Assembly (NCBI GenBank): GCA_012295275.1
Contig: CM022673.1
Span: 18,476,001-18,540,000 of the forward strand
Source: Chrysomallon squamiferum
Lineage: Eukaryota; Animalia; Mollusca
Reading direction: 5' to 3'
Length of the DNA stretch: 64,000 bases
Shown here: positions 32,308-46,989 of the stretch, piece after piece
Numbering within the stretch: position 1 is the first letter of the stretch
How the letters are laid out: every line of letters starts with the position of its first letter
Position numbers and translations under genes: made by a program
Notes under the pieces: generated by a model
The model's input: the letters and a program-made list of their open reading frames with translations, nothing else
Databases searched by the model: none
Told to the model about the DNA's origin: nothing

Positions 32308-35300
32308 GCCAGACCAGATCCTCTGTACTCCTGGTAAATGTTTAATGATGTGTTCGATTTTGATATTCTGTCTGAGCATATTGTAGTAGATCGTTAACCT
32401 TTATAAAGCTACTATTACGTTAAAGTTGCTGATTGTAATATGAAAGGTTTACAACACATTTCTAGTGTTGTTATCATGCCCGACGATAAAAAAAGTACAG
32501 TGGCAAACAAAAACAGACACAAACGCGTTTTTAATAGTTATTAGCTGAACATTATTCAATTTCATTTGAATGAGAATTGATTGCTTGTAAAGATATACAG
32601 AACAATACAGTAAAACGTTGTCACATGATGTTATAGATGATAAAGTATAGCAGGAGACATTATTCTAAAGAATGTACTTTTATGAAGAGTTATTTAAGCA
32701 GACACCGCTTGCCATTGTACGCTATTTGATAACCGGTTAGGAAAAAAGTTTTATGTATTTCGTGTATTTTACTCTTGTGATCCGAGTTCATCTAAAATAG
32801 TTTCTCGATATGTATGTTGAAAAGAAAAGGTTAGATCGGGATAAAAGCATATTTTACTGAATTATAAATGTTAGACTGACATATTTAGATACATTGTTTG
32901 TTTAATTAAACGACTGTAACGATAAAATGTGTTATTATTACTGGGGTTGTAGAGTATGATTTATTGATCAAATATTAAATAAACTACATTATTCTGCCAT
33001 TGAACAATCCATATTACTCATTCTACATTCACTGCATGACATTTAGTATTGTGTATTGACTGTTTAACAATGTGATGTGTTTTTGTCATATTCCAATTGT
33101 CGCACAGTATTATTTACATAATTATTTATATCAGAGACAAGAATAATTCATTAGGTTACGTGTTGCAGCCGATCTAAAATTTAAATTATATCAATGTGAA
33201 ATTTTTATTTTATTTTATTCTTTTTTCAAATTTATTTTCTTTTGTCAGATTTTAAAATAAATAAGTACATGTAGTAGAGCTTTTTATTCTCATTATTTTT
33301 GTTTATGTTGTATTCTTGTTGCCAGTAACTGTAATTAGTGAGAAAAAAAATTTAAAACCTGAAATATTATATCCATTTACAACGCATTTCCTTTAAATGA
33401 AAATGATTAAAATGTACACTGATTTTTTCATAAAGACGCAGGCTTTGTTGTTTGTAAATATTATTATAATTATGCATGTGAGAATACACAGAAGAACAAA
33501 CAAAAACATACAAGGTAGAAAACTGAAAATTATTAAACGAATTTTTACTGTTATGACCAGGTGCAGTCTGGATCCCATCCATGGATCTGTATCAGCAAAT
33601 TGTTTTTAGTTATATATCTGTTTATTTATTTTGTTGTTGTTGTTTTGTTTGTTTTTTTTTTTTTTTTTTTCTTCTTTTATTTCTTCTTCTTATTATTATT
33701 ATTTTTTGTTGGTTTTCTTTTTCATTTTTTATTACAATATCTTTGTTCTTAAAACATAAGTCTTAAATTTATCCAAACTTCACTTGCAGCTAAAAATATC
33801 TTCCTTTTAAAGATGATTTTTACATCTTTTCAACAAAAGTCAATATCTCCTAGCAACCAGTCTGAAAACAGTTAAACACAGCAGTATAAAACTCAGCAAA
33901 CTGAAAGACAACAGTCGTTAAAAGAAATAGCTTACTGATTTTAATGTAAACGTGTGTGTGTGTGCTATTTGGTTATTTACTTACTTACAACAAACAGCTT
34001 ACTGATTTTAATGTAAACTTGTATCTATATATTTTTACACTTTATTTATTTATTTACTTCATAAAAAAAAAACAGCTTATTGATTTTAATCTAAATGTGT
34101 ATATACATACATATTTTTTAATGTATTTATTTCTTTAACTAACTTATATTTTTTAATGTATTTATTTCTTTAACAAACTGATTATCATATACTGTTAAAA
34201 TATATGTTTAATAATCCAGAAGATTTTGTTGTTTTTTTCGTTCTTACAGTCACACATTATTAATAATAAATTTTACAAATAAATTAACAAACTTTACATA
34301 TGGCTTGAAATAAAACTTTATCGTGACCTCATTTTATATGTCGATTTGAACAAAATCTCACCTTCCATATATAATCATGAGTTCGTTATTTTTTTTTATT
34401 TTATTGTTACAAAAGACTGGCAATCAGTAGCAAACAACAACAATCAATAGGAAGTATAATACATTAATTTTAGAATTTTTTTTCAACCTCTATAATCAAT
34501 AAGAAAACCACAACACATTTTGTTTCCTAATTTTTATTTATTTATTATTATTTATTTTTTTTAATTTTACTTACCTGTATTTGAAATGATAAAGTTAATA
34601 TTTATACATTATATATAATACATATTCAGAGCTTTGAACATCACCATTGTCAATGGGAGGTCTGCCATTCACAGTCATTTGTCATTAATGATCATTCTGT
34701 CATCAGGCAAAAAAGAACTGACATAATATGAACATACAGACAGGTTTTTTTCTTTTCTCTAAGTCTGGGCTTCTTAAATATAAATAAATATTTTTAAAAG
34801 ACAAACATTAAATGTGTTAGATTAGGCATGCTTTTCAGTAAAGTCTGAAGTTAACAGAGTCGTGTGTAAAACACAAGAGACCTGCTAATTCTCTTCTTGT
34901 GAAATATCTCAGACATAAATCATGAACTGTCTATAAGTGACTCTCCACAGCCCTTCATTTCAGTTCACTCACAGGCTTTACTGATTAGTAAAAAATACAA
35001 ATTTTATTTAAAGACCAAGAGATCTTTGGTTTCACTTTACTGCACATACATAAAAATATACATCATCTGAATTATAATTTTTTTTTTTTAGCTCTAAATG
35101 TTTTTTTTGGCCTTGGTTGAGGGAAACAGAAAATTACAAAAAATATTCAATATATAACATTAAACTTATGTCTGAATTATAAGTTCTCCGTGTTAACATC
35201 CTAACTCCAGGGCAATTTGTTTTATTTCTAAAAATGTTACTCTAAAAAACATAATAGATCCAACTTTTCCTGAGATTAAATTAATATTGGTATGATTGAA

Positions 35301-37499
35301 GATTAGTATGACAGATAAACTGACCTTTGTGTGTCATAAAAGTTCACATCTGGCCTTAGTTGAAACAGAAAATTACAAAGATCCTGCACCATCCATGTAA
35401 TGTTCATATCTGAAACAATGCACAGCTTAAACTGTATGACAGATACTGAACTGTATGGTGTTAAACAAGTAATGTTCATATTAAATGTTAACTTCCTAAT
35501 TTTATTTGTTTCTTCTTAATTTGTATTTAATATGCATACATGTTATGACAGTTCTAACATATGGCATGCAAATTATTCTATAAATCAGGTTATTATTCTT
35601 TAATATATTTTTATATACATACAAAAAACATAGTTCAGGGCAATCTGAACAGATATCTGTTAATTAAACAGTTAATTGTAAATTAAGAAATAAATTGAAT
35701 TTATTATCTACCTTCAAGTAAAACAACTTGATTTTCTCAGGTTGGAATGAACAGCATCCATAATAACAAATATCTTCAGCTCTCGGTAACCTAGCAGAAA
35801 CTTTTCAAAGTAATTTTCAGATCAACACAACTGGTTGTTGAAATTACTATCACTGTTCTGAAGTGGAAGTTTTACTGATTTAATGTCACATGTTTCAGAT
35901 GACACCAATGATTTCTGACCTAATAGATTATCAGAATGCTCAGCTATTATTAACAAATCTCCAAGTTTAGTACAATGGTCGTGGTTGAAAATAGACTCAT
36001 CAGACTGAATACACACTACATTAGTCTCGAACTGTTGACTTGTCAGAACAAATAGTCTTATCAGACTGAGCAGATTTTCTTTGGCCATCATACCGTATAT
36101 TATGATTTTTGTCAGAACAAATTCATCAAACTGAAAAGTAACATATTTTCAGTGTGATTTGAAACAGAACAAAGTTGTGTCTTTAGCTTTGCCATCTTTC
36201 ACTTCTATTTTCGGATTATAAAAATTTCAGATAGCAGTTTTACTTGTACAACAGTCTGTAGATTTATTGTTATTTTCTGTATAACTTGTCTAAGAATAGC
36301 ACTTGTTTGTTTTAATCTGTGTTCATTCTGTAGTCTGCAGCATTTTCAGATATGACAAGTTGTTGAAATCTCCCTTCATCACAATTCTCTGAAATAATTC
36401 CAGCTGACGAGTTGTCATGACAACACTGAGATTTTTTGTTTTTATGCACCAGCCTTTGACGTCTGCCTTTGATGGCAAACTACTTTGTATCTGTGTGTTA
36501 ATTAAAAATCAGATGTTAACAGTAAATATATTTTAAATATCTTTCACTTTAAAAAACATCAGTATTTCATTTTTTTTCTTTTTCTCTAAATATCAGTTAA
36601 TTTTTTTTTTTTTTATACACCTAAACAGTTTAAATCTAAAATTATTTTTATGCTTAACACTTTGTTTTTGCACAGAAAAAAAAATATTACTGTGGAAGGT
36701 GGATTAATTATTACAGTAATTTATATCTTCAGTACATTTGAAAATTGTTCACAACACATCTTTTAAAAAGTAAAATAATTTACAAATTAAATTTATACTG
36801 CAACCATTAAAGATAAGACCTCATACATAGAAAACAAAGAAATTAATAAAACACAAAAAACATGAAATAAGTAAATAAGCAATTTAATAAGTAAATAAAT
36901 AAATTATTTTAAATTTTTTTTTATTAAGAATCAAGATTTGAGTTAGATTAGAGCTGAGAATGAATGGGTTTATCAGGTATTTACATCTGCTTACAGAGTG
37001 AAGGTAAAATATAAACGTGATTTCTTTGCAATGAGGTAATATCTCGGTTGAGTGTTTGAGATTCCAAACTGTAGTGGAGTCAGAACAAATTCTTGAATTT
37101 AAAAAGAAGTAATAAAAAAAATAATAATAATGTAATTATGTTAAAAATATATATTTTTTATCATATGCAGCAAAGACATTTTTATTATATTTTATTTTTG
37201 ATCTGGAAAAGTTCATACAGTTGTTTATTTTTATTTTCTGTCTGAGTGGAAACGTTCTGATATTTTATTATTTACCACATGCAAATACTGCTTTAATTTA
37301 TGTCTTCTGACTGCAATAGGATAATAGTTATTAAGTTTTTAAAGTTCCTAATTGTCTCTCTCTGGACTGAGATTTTCAAAACCTGTTTGAGAAATTCAGA
37401 GGTAGGTGGCATCACTGAAAGCAAGACCTCTCAGCAAAAACAGAGTGGTTGCTGTTTAACGACTACTACGCTGAATCAAAAGCTGGGCATTCCAAGGAA

Positions 37500-38760
37500 A
37501 AGCCTTTTTTTTCCTCTTTTTTTTTAAACTTGAGTACATATTTCACTGAAAATAAATATGAGTTCATACAATTAATCACAGTATAAAAACAAATTTTTCC
37601 AAAAGTAATCCCAGGAATCATTGGTGTTGCCAGAATGTTTCTTCTGTTGGAAATTGAGATAACTTTATGAATTCTGTTTTATTCTTTAGTAATAGATTTG
37701 GCCTTTGTAATCCATTCTTGAGGAAAAGAATTTAATATTAATTTATAATAATATCAAAACTATGAAAAACAGTAAGTCGTGAAATGTCACTTGAACTTTT
37801 TCAGCTAAAATATTTCATAAATAACATTTTATTGTCAGGCCTGATAAAATGATTGTGAAATAAGGGTTTTGTTACCATTTGAGTAAAGCTTTGAGAGAAG
37901 ATTCTTTCTCGACTGGAAAAGATATCCCATGCGGATAATAATTCTGCATAAAAAAGATTAATTTTTTTTATAAAGCAGATTTATCATATAACACTGAAAA
38001 TAATGAATATGATAAATTCATATTTATGTATTTTTTAAGGAATTGTGTCATTGTAAATCTCCACACTGATTTAAATTCTTTATCAAAATAAATTTATAAT
38101 AATTTAAATCCAAAAGCAATCTTTTTAAAGTCGAACATATTAATATTTAAACCTCCTGGTTTTTCGTTTAAATCATAGTCGAATATATAGTTAAAGCTGG
38201 TTTGTTTTCTAACATAAACTTATTGATCGCACTTTTCACATACCACGATTTCATACTAATAAAATATTCAAAGTCTGTAGCTTTTCCATTTAATGTCAAT
38301 TTTGATTATTTCTACAAATTAATTAAATTGTTAATGTTTACTATTTTTCTTTTCCCCTTACGATTTTCACACATATTTTTGCTACTCCCAATATAAATAG
38401 CTAACGTTTCAACACATTAGTTTTTAAAGGTAACTGGAATTCACAATTACTATCATTTTGTTTGGCTTTACCTAACAAAAGGTTCAGCAACTATTTCTTT
38501 TTCTTGATCTATTTTAATTAAGTAACCTTCTTCATTTCTGAATTCTGTTAAATTTATTATATCTCTTATTGACATTAGAGTAGCTGTTGCACGAATCCAA
38601 GAGACACAACATGTTTGATCAGGGAGATAATTCTTGACATCATTTTCTTCGAACGATTCGCTATAACTTTAGCAATAATTTTATAATCAATACTTAGAAG
38701 ACTTATTGTCTATAATTTTGGACGTACTTTTGTTTCCTTTCTTCTTGTAACATCCAACAT
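37500..38760 (-). mobile_element. Decayed Tx1/L1-clade LINE ORF2 (RT and 3' part), copy 1
   Basis: Minus-strand peptide remnants LSIDYKIIAKVIANRSKKMMSRII..DQTC...IRDII...GYLIKIDQEK at about 38500-38700. Confidence 0.75.
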
Positions 38761-39827
38761 GACAATTAACAGAAATATTGTTATTCTTTAGATGACCCAA
38801 TACCTTGCTCCCTAATTATATTCGCCAGAAATAACTCTAAAATAAAATTAGACAAAAGAATTTCAGAGACTACAAGGTTTTCCTTCTTATATTATGATAA
38901 ACAAATAAATGACATTTATTTCTGCATAATTACAATATAATAGCATTTTATTACACACACATGCAAACATACGTACACATATAATCGTTTAAGACATTTT
39001 TTTTTAATTAAAAGTAGCAAATATTAACAATGATTTGGCAAATCCCAACACAAAAAAAAAAAAAAATATATATATGAAAGATTAAATGTTGCAGTTTATT
39101 TTTTCGAAATCATATTTCAGTTCATTTCTTATTAGCCTTACGAGTTAAAATATGAACATATCTAAATTTTTATTTTCAGTCTCTAATCTGTTGTTTCTGC
39201 TATCAGACCTCAGGATGGGAATAACTGGTCCGGTCCTACAAGCCGTCAAATAAATGTGTTGACCAACGATGCCATTCACGACCAACAGACTGTATAGTTA
39301 ACCATTTAATAAATCACAATAGAGAAGGAAATTTTGACCCGATTATTACAATTCCAAACTGTTAGATATATATATATATATATATATATAAACAACATAT
39401 TTGGTGAGGAAATAGAAATAATAGTTTTCATTTCTAGCGAAACCTATAAAAACATTTCTGTGATTTATCTTGCATAAGTTAAATATGATTCACATCGACA
39501 GTGGACAAAAATATTAACATGGGCAGAGTGCTATGCTTTTTACTGTCGTGTAAAATGAGTGTATAGCAAACTCATTATTGTGTTGATTGCTGTTTGCTAA
39601 TGACTTTACTGACTATATGATTCAAATTCTATGCTATTTCGACGAATTTCGGAATAGAGTAATTTTATTTTATTATTAGCTGTCTTTCTTCTTCCTTCAA
39701 AATTGGTCGATTCAAATTAAGAACAGAATGTCACAGGTAATCAATGAAAAAAATTATATTTATTTATTATGTTAGTATTCTTGTTATAGGACTCTGCTGT
39801 AAGTTTTGAATTCGTAATTGTTTTCTT

Positions 39828-39976
39828 CTAGCAAATACGGCCATTGCAGCACTTTTGGAATGTTGCATCATAACTTCGTCTTCCACAACATGCAGGACGT
39901 ATTCAATGTCTGCGGACAACGTTTCCCCCGCAGCACATGTTGTATGTTGGACTGTATCTTCTGTGGCCACATACAG
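39828..39976 (-). pseudogene. Galaxin-like CC-repeat terminal exon, copy 1 (in-frame TGA at 39903-39905)
   Basis: (A)VCGHRRYSPTYNMCCGGNVVRRH*IRPACCGRRSYDATFQKCCNGRIC*; acceptor ATACAG|; decayed upstream exon about 40126-40188. Confidence 0.75.
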
Positions 39977-40759
39977 CTGTATTTCAAAATTAATATAATG
40001 ACTTTTACATTTTATCATTACTATTATCTCCTTGTCTTTCTGTCAATCTGTCTGTCTCTGTCAGTCTCTCTGTTATATATAAATATCATTAATATATTAA
40101 CGTAGATATTGATCTATGCATTTACCTGATTCTTCTACGTACCACGTAAATATATTAAAACAATCACCTGCAAGTCTTCAAAATACATGTAGGCTGTAAT
40201 TTGTATATTCAAAAGCCAAACTTTATAAGAATATAAACTTTTGAAGATATAAACGCCGATGCTTTCCATGGCTGAATGCATGTAACTATTAATACAGCCA
40301 CACAAAATGCAAAAAAAGGAATAGTCTTCATTTTTTATATTTTTTGTTGATGTTTCCTTGTTCTATTTGGCTGCTTCCCTCTGGTTCTACAATTCCAACC
40401 ATTATTTTATTTTCTTTGCTAATGGTCTTTTTATTGATTTAAAAGATGCGATAAACACCTGCAACTAAGAATAAGAACATGAACGTAGTTAACTTATTTA
40501 CATTTATTAGGTACATTTTTTTATTTTATTTGTTTTTATTAAAATCCGATAACCGGGTTAGTATAGTCTGAAAGTAAGTACGTATGGTTTTGTTTTTATT
40601 ATTAATTTAATTGGCTATTCAAATTGATCCGTCAGTCAGCCTATCCATCCATAGATGCACCAGCTGTTCAACCAATGAATCTGTAAGTCAATAAATTCAT
40701 TCGATTGTTCTTTGTTTTAGTATCAAAAAAAAAATAGAAATCCAAACTTTCAACTGCAA

Positions 40760-42230
40760 GAGTCTAAAGTTTGTGTTTTGTGTTCAGAATGTATGTTGTT
40801 ACTGCAGCGAGGACTAACTCTCTGTCTTTCGTGTTTGGTGCCAAGATGTTTGGAGCGTGAACTCGATTTTTAGTTCCTCCAATGTGTAGAGCTTGTCTTT
40901 CTTTGGCGAAATTTTGACAGTGAAACAAGTAGTGTCTCATGGTTTCTGAGAGTCCACAGCTGCAGTTGGGTGATGTGGTGTTGTGATATTTGTATCGGAT
41001 TGCATTTATGTTGGTCGAGTAACCAGTTCTTACTTTGCTGAGATTGTTGTTGTGTAGTTGGCGAGTGTGATTTTGGGGTGTTTTGGTGAGTGGTTTGATG
41101 TTCAAGTGCCATTTGTTTTTGGTGTTGTTCCAATTGTTTGGCCACTGTTTGTCGTAATGATTGGCTGCGATGGAGAGAATTTCGTTTATTCCGTAGTGTA
41201 TGTCTGTGCAGATGTCTTCGTCTTTAATGCTGAGTGACTCTTTGGCGTAATGGTCGGCAAGTTCGTTGCCAATGATGCCGACATATGTTGGGAGCCACTC
41301 GATGATTAGTTGTTTGTTGTTGTGTTGTATGTCTTCGTGTAGATGTTGTATTCTGCTGAGTAGGTCTGGTCTGCTGGAATGTCCGGATTGTTAAGAGATG
41401 ACGTAACTTAGGCTGTCCGAGAATATGACTGTGTGTTTGTTGTTGTTGTGTTTCACCTACAGCATGGCTCTGATGATGGCGACCAATTCGGCCGTATATA
41501 CCGAAAGGTGATTTCTGATATGGCCGAATTGTATGCATGTTTGTTTGTGTGATCTTGGGCTATGAAAGCGAATCCTACTCTCCCGTTGTCTGGTTTTTTA
41601 TCCGTCGGTGTAGATGTGCGTGTGTTGCTTGTAGTGGTCGTATGCGACTGCTAGAAATATGGCTTTTTTGAATGGTGGGAACTCTATTTTGTCTGTTTCT
41701 GTTTTGATCAGGAAAGATGTGTTTATTGCTGGTTTTGTTTCTTTGTGGTATAGAGGCAGCGGCATTTCCCCTATTCCTGTTTCCCTTTCGATTTTGCTGG
41801 CTGTTGCCGGGAAATTCGATAGTAGTAGACTCTGCGATTTAAAGGGTTGCCTTATTCTTTGTCAGTCGGAGACCAGATCCTTGACGGGGTGGTCTGTACT
41901 GAGGGTGTGTATTTTCAGGTGGTATTTCAGTAGCTGCAGCTTTCTTCCGCAGTCGAGCTTGGTGAGAATACATGCTTTGTTATCAAAATTAGCTCGTTTG
42001 CTCCCCAACTGGTTCCCGAAATTAGCTTTAGAAGATTGAATAGTTTTTTGCCGGATACAGTTATGTTGTGTATGCGGCATCCGAAGTTGAGTTGACTGTC
42101 AAATGTTTTGGTTTGTGTAATGAAGTTGTTGTCGATGTTTAGTGTGATTTTGTTGTTGAAAACGAGGCATGTCGATTTCGAAAGAGAAATCGTATTGCTG
42201 CGGTCGATCTGCATGCACTGGTCTGTGCGT
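40760..42230 (-). mobile_element. 5'-truncated LINE with RNase H (I/Nimb-like clade), frameshifted
   Basis: RNase H motifs HIYTDG, SVYTAEL, IFSDSLS, EWLPTYVGIIGNELADHYAK; C-terminal CSCG..ETMRHYLFHC zinc knuckle. Confidence 0.85.
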
Positions 42231-45200
42231 TATTTTATACCACTCGGCTCATATCGTTACGTTTTAAAGTATTTAGGAATTTTATTTATTGTCCAGATTA
42301 TTGCCGTAATCATTTAATTCGGGATAAGACATCTTTTGTTTACAGCAGTGTTAATTGCAGTCGAACTATCACAAATTTTAAATAATTATATGTCTGTTGT
42401 TAGATTGGATGAATCGTTGTTAGATTGGACGACTTTGGTGATTATAACTTACGTTAACTGAGTTAAATATATTTTACATTAATGTGCTTATGGCATGTCC
42501 AAGCGAGGCGTTTATCCCCTCTATGATAGTACCCCCGGAAAAAGCAAAACAAGTTTTAATGTTTAATAACATAATATACATACATACATTCAGATACATT
42601 TTCAATACAAAGTCTGCACTAATAATTCACGAGCATTGCCCTATGCCACGTGCCAACACTTTTTTTTGTATTATGAATTAAAATGGATTCCCTGACGAAT
42701 CTGGTCCCAGAACCTTAAAAACCCTGTGATGAACCAGTAACACATAAACAGTGAATAATTGCTGGAAGAGACAATGTGAGGAATGAAATTCGTAGGCTAA
42801 GTGATTGAGATAACAGATGATCGTAGAGATCGTATAGTTTATGAAATAGTGATTGTGGTCTGGTTAATAGCGTCAGAATTTGCTGCTATTCGTTTCATGA
42901 CATTGCTAAAACGAGTATCTTCTAAAGACATAAAAGAGGATACATATTTAGCATGCCGTGCGAAGGTATTTGTCATTTTCAGTTACGTTCTCGTAAGTGC
43001 ATTTATATTTTTGCCAGAACATTAACATCGTCTGTTGTAGCTGTGCCCAAAAAATGAGATGGAGGAGGCTTGAAAATAATTCCGTAGTTCAGTCGTTGGA
43101 CCGGTTTCACCGCAAGAACTGGAGTCGAGAATATCATTATTAGCCAAACGAGCAGATAGAACCTATGACATAATGAAACCAATAGGATACATCAGTAGGT
43201 GATCCAGAATTGAAATATGTTGGGCCATCAACAATCTCAACACCATACACATATTAATATAATTAATATATTCTGTAACTTGTATGATAGAACACCCATT
43301 AGTTCTCCCATTAAGTTTCATGCCTGTCAAGGCCCTGACAGGGAAAATAAGGTTTTGACCTAACTATGAAAAATATTTACGGCACCTTTTTCGTCTGCAT
43401 CCATATTGTGTCTTGAGGATATGAAAGTTTTTCAAAAGATCTTGCTCAAAGTGTGTATGTGGTTCCCATATAGGTGTAGAATAACCAACCCATTTCGTTA
43501 GATAATGTTGAACCATAAATGTTTTTGTATCCGATGGTGGAGACGGTGACTGGGTGGGCGACTGGACAGTTGGTGCCGATTGTGATGATAAAGGTGGTGG
43601 GTGATATTTTGGGATTCCTATTCATGTTAGTTTCTATAGTTGCTTGCTTATTTGTTGTGCATCTTGAGACTGATGTGTTTGTGCAGTCTGCTGTGGAGCA
43701 GGCACTATTCTGTTGGGAATTTGTCTGACTGTGACATACGTACATCCTGAGATTGTATGTGTCGTCGTACCAGTGATGAATGAGGGGTCTTGGATATCGA
43801 ATGACACAGTTTGTAGGTATGATTGGGTCCTATTTGTGAATGAAATACGGACCTTTCGATTTGTGTGTCAGTGGTCTTTTTCGGATTGAAAAGGAGCACC
43901 TGGTCACCCACGGAAAATATCGGCTTTTCTGCTTTTAGATCTTGGTGATCTTTGATGACTGTTTGGCTTTTAACCATGGTATCTTTTGCAATAGCCTTGA
44001 CTACTTTGAGGTTGTCAATGAGGGCAGTGATATGTGTTTTAGCGTCTTTGCCCAAGGTTGGTTTGGGAAGAAGAGAGGCATCAAATGGAAGATGCATTTC
44101 CTTGCCAAAAAGAAGGTAATGTGGAGAGTAGCCTGTAGACTGACATGGTGAATTACGCATTGTCATCAAAATACAAGGAAGTAGTAATAACCAGTTGGTT
44201 TGTTCTTTGTTGGCATATGATCTGAGTACTTGTTCTATGGTGCTGTTTCTTCATTCACACATGCCATTCGTCTGAGGGTGATAGGAGGATGTGTAATGAT
44301 GTTTCACCTCAAACAATTCGCAAATTGCATTCACCAGAAATGAGATGAACTGACGTCCTCGGTCTGTGATGAGCGTTCGTGGTGCATCAAATCTTGTAAA
44401 TACTTCATTGAAAAGAACTTTGCCAATTTCTGTAGCTTCTTTAGTACGTAGTGGAAATGCTTCTGTACAGCGGGTGAAGGCGTCAACTACTAGAAGTATA
44501 TACTTATATCCTTCTTTGGTTACAGGTAAAGGACCAAGAATTTCAACGTGAAGTCTTGAGAAGGTATCTTCGATAGGCATAGAAACCAATGACGTCTGAC
44601 ATTCTTCGCAGGAATGGATGTAGTTTTCTATGTCCTGGTTCATACCAGACCAGAAATATTTGGTTAGAATAGCTAGACGAGTAACATCTCTCCTAAAGTG
44701 ACAACCTCCTGCTGTTGAATCATGATAGGCAAGAAGAAAATCTTTCATATCTTGAAGAGGGGCAACCCGTTATGTCACCATAGGTGGACGGCTGTTTTTC
44801 TGTTCTCAGTGCTTGGGCAGACAGAAATGGTATAAAATCATATTCTTGGGAGCGGCCCTGGAGTCATTTTACCTGTGACTCTCTATAGGTAGAAGGTATC
44901 TCTTTTTTTTCTTTCAGTATAGTCGATGATGTATGTCTTATATCGGGAGACTTGCGTTTTCTGTTTGTACTCTGCTCGTCAAGGTTTACATCAACTGATA
45001 GAACGAAAGGATGATTTGGAACTGTCTCATGATGATAATAGAAGTCCACAGACAGTTGAATTGATTCATCAGAAAACTAACTCCAATCTGTTGGCACATT
45101 CGTTTGCTGATGAAATGTTTTTCCAAAAATCGTATCGTCGTGATGCCATTGTTCTGATTCAGATGTTTCTACTGAATGAGCATATGCTTGTTGATGGATC

Positions 45201-46800
45201 AGTAGTCTGTCAGTTTCTTAAATCTAAAGAAGGAATATCATCTGTGACTGGCAGCGAAGTTTGTGAAACATATGGGATCCTGGATTAGGCATCAGCATTT
45301 TTGTTGACAGTTCCTGCTCGGTGTATAATAACGAAATCATACTCCTGAAGTATCAGCGACCATTTGGCTAAACGTCCTGAATCTGGTTTGATGTCTTTTA
45401 GCCATGTTAGAGCTTTGTGGTCAGTGTAAACCTTGAACTTCTGTGTTGTAAGGTACAATCTGTAGGATCTAATGTCTTCCAGTACAGCCAGACACTCTAG
45501 TTGTGTAGTTCACCATTTCTTTTCAGAGCGATGTAATGATCGACCTCCATAGCAAATTACATGCTCTCACCCAGCAGCATCTTGCTGACTCAGAATATAT
45601 CCAAGTGCAGACCCAGCTGCATCTATTGTAAGGACAAATGGCTGGTGTGGATCAGGATAGGAGAGGACAGGTGCTGAAATTGAACTGTCCATTTTAATGG
45701 AACATCTTTCTGGAGAAGATTGTTGAGAGGAGAGGCAATGCCTGCAAAGTCGTAGACAAATTTTTCGATAGTAGCTGCAGATACCTAAGAAATGCCTAAC
45801 ATCAAGGTCCGTTTTTGGAGGTGGAATGTTAACCACTGCCTGAACTTTCGTCTTATCTTCCTCAATGCCTTCTTTGCTGAACAAATGTCCAAGATAGGTT
45901 ACTTTTTTCGCAGCAAATCGACATTTGCTAGGTTTCAGTGTCAATCCAGCTTCTTTTAGCTTTTGAAAAATACATGACAAATGTTGAAGATGTTCTGTAA
46001 AGTTCTTTGAAAAAACAATGATGTCGTCAACGTAAATTAAAATGTATTTCCAGTTCATTTGTTTGATGGCTGATGAAATGGTTTGTTGAAATGCCATTGG
46101 AGCATTTTTCAGACCAAAGGTAAAAGATATCCATTCAAAAATATCTTCAGGGGTTAAAAGGGATGCACGATCTTTTGTGGAAGGGTCTAGGGGTATTTGC
46201 CAGAAGCCACTAGCACAGTCTAGAACACTAAATATTTGAGCCTTCGATTCTCCACCTGAATCAATGATATCTTCAAATCTAGGCAAGGGAAAGATTGGCT
46301 TTGTTACCGCATTCAATTTCCTGTAGTCAACAGCAAACCGGTAACTGCCATCATGCTTCTTCACCATGACTACTGGAAAATGTCATTGTGATGTGCTTGG
46401 ATGAATGATACCAGCATCAAGCATCTGTTGGACTTGGGTTGAGCATTCTTTCCTGTGCTTTTTGTCTGTAGAAAGGAAGCTTAATGGGTCTTAATTACCT
46501 GTATCTATTTTATGATGATGCAAGTCAATCTTTCCTAGTTCAACCCAGTCTTTTGCAAACGCTGTAGGATGAGTTGCAAGGAATTCTTGAAGTAGCCCTT
46601 TTTGCGTGAGATCAGAGTCACTTAGATCAAAGGAAATGTCATTTGATTGTGGTTTATGTGGTTAGACAGGTGAAACCTGGGGAGGACTAGAGATAGTATG
46701 GGCTACTTCTGTAACAGTATGAACACCATTATCGGATGCCACCGATGCAGTTGCCACTACTTTTCTGGATCCGTATGTTTGTAGGGTTTAAGACCCCAAA
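42230..46800 (-). mobile_element. Decayed Ty3/Gypsy LTR retrotransposon (RT-RNaseH-IN-chromodomain-like, env-like remnant)
   Basis: RT 45567..46367 (YRFAVDYRKLN, LDCASGFWQI, YVDD); RNase H (VYTDHKAL, DA.SRIP); integrase 44251..44748 and 43705..44169; many stops and frameshifts; outer boundaries approximate. Confidence 0.92.
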
Positions 46801-46907
46801 CTGCTGAAAATATCTGAGGATTGAACAGTCAATATTTAAATTTATTTTAGAAATTTATTACAATTTGTAAGTAATGTTTGGGTATATGTGCGTATGTGCG
46901 TAATGTG

Positions 46908-46919
<12 letters not shown>

Positions 46920-46984
<65 letters not shown>
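46920..46984. repeat. (GT)n microsatellite
   Basis: Direct observation. Confidence 0.95.
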
Positions 46985-46987
<3 letters not shown>

Positions 46988-46989
46988 GT

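Noticed and set aside
39903-39905. In-frame TGA as selenocysteine
   Set aside because: It aligns with Gly (GGA) in the paralogs, not Cys; a simple nonsense mutation.
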